Origin: an uncultured Deinococcales bacterium
GTDB taxonomy: Bacteria; Deinococcota; Deinococci; Deinococcales; JAAFIG01
NCBI GenBank assembly: GCA_964244895.1
Contig: CAXTKV010000136.1
Span: 1 to 14,879, forward strand
Reading direction: 5' to 3'
DNA length: 14,879 nucleotides
Part shown: positions 14,808 through 14,879 of the stretch, piece by piece
How positions within the stretch are numbered: position 1 is the stretch's first letter
How the letters are laid out: the number at the start of each line of letters is the position of its first letter
Program-made: the position numbers and the translations under genes
Notes under the pieces: model-generated
Told to the model about the DNA's origin: nothing
The model's database searches: none
The model's input: only the letters and a program-made list of their open reading frames with translations

Positions 14808-14879
14808 ATGAAACTCAAATGGTACGGCCACGCCAGCTTCCGCATCACCGCACAGGACGGGGTGAGCATCGTCACCGAC
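14808..14879 (+). CDS. Metallo-beta-lactamase-fold hydrolase (UlaG-like), 5' end only
   Basis: SD GAGGT then MKLKWYGHASFRITAQDGVSIVTD, matching the typical W.GH..F.I......I..DP start of MBL-fold hydrolases; truncated by the window. Confidence 0.75.
   Translation, partial: MKLKWYGHASFRITAQDGVSIVTD

Overview
GC-rich bacterial chromosomal segment, probably Deinococcota: several genes have a TANNNT -10 box 6-8 nt before the start codon with no SD, and the palindrome CTCGAG is very frequent. From left to right: the 5' part of a multi-TM signal-transduction gene, an ABC-2 exporter pair, a trp cluster (leader peptide trpL with attenuator, trpE, tautomerase-family gene, trpG, GT2 glycosyltransferase, trpD), a small secreted protein, a BtuF-like binding protein coupled to a DoxX-like membrane protein, a repeat-rich disordered protein, a carbon-nitrogen hydrolase, an IolM-like Zn dehydrogenase and the start of a metallo-beta-lactamase-fold gene. 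Signals not in the ORF track: (i) about 15 full or partial copies of a 25-bp palindrome (AGAACACCGT-CCAGG-ACGGTGTTCT) in 8 intergenic regions, four doublets having a 35-36 bp period; (ii) a near-leaderless WWW leader peptide and attenuator whose RNA is complementary over 9 nt to the trpD SD region; (iii) HIP-like over-representation of CTCGAG; (iv) 25-bp-period tandem repeats flanking the secreted-protein gene. All counts and alignments were done by eye and no database search was run.
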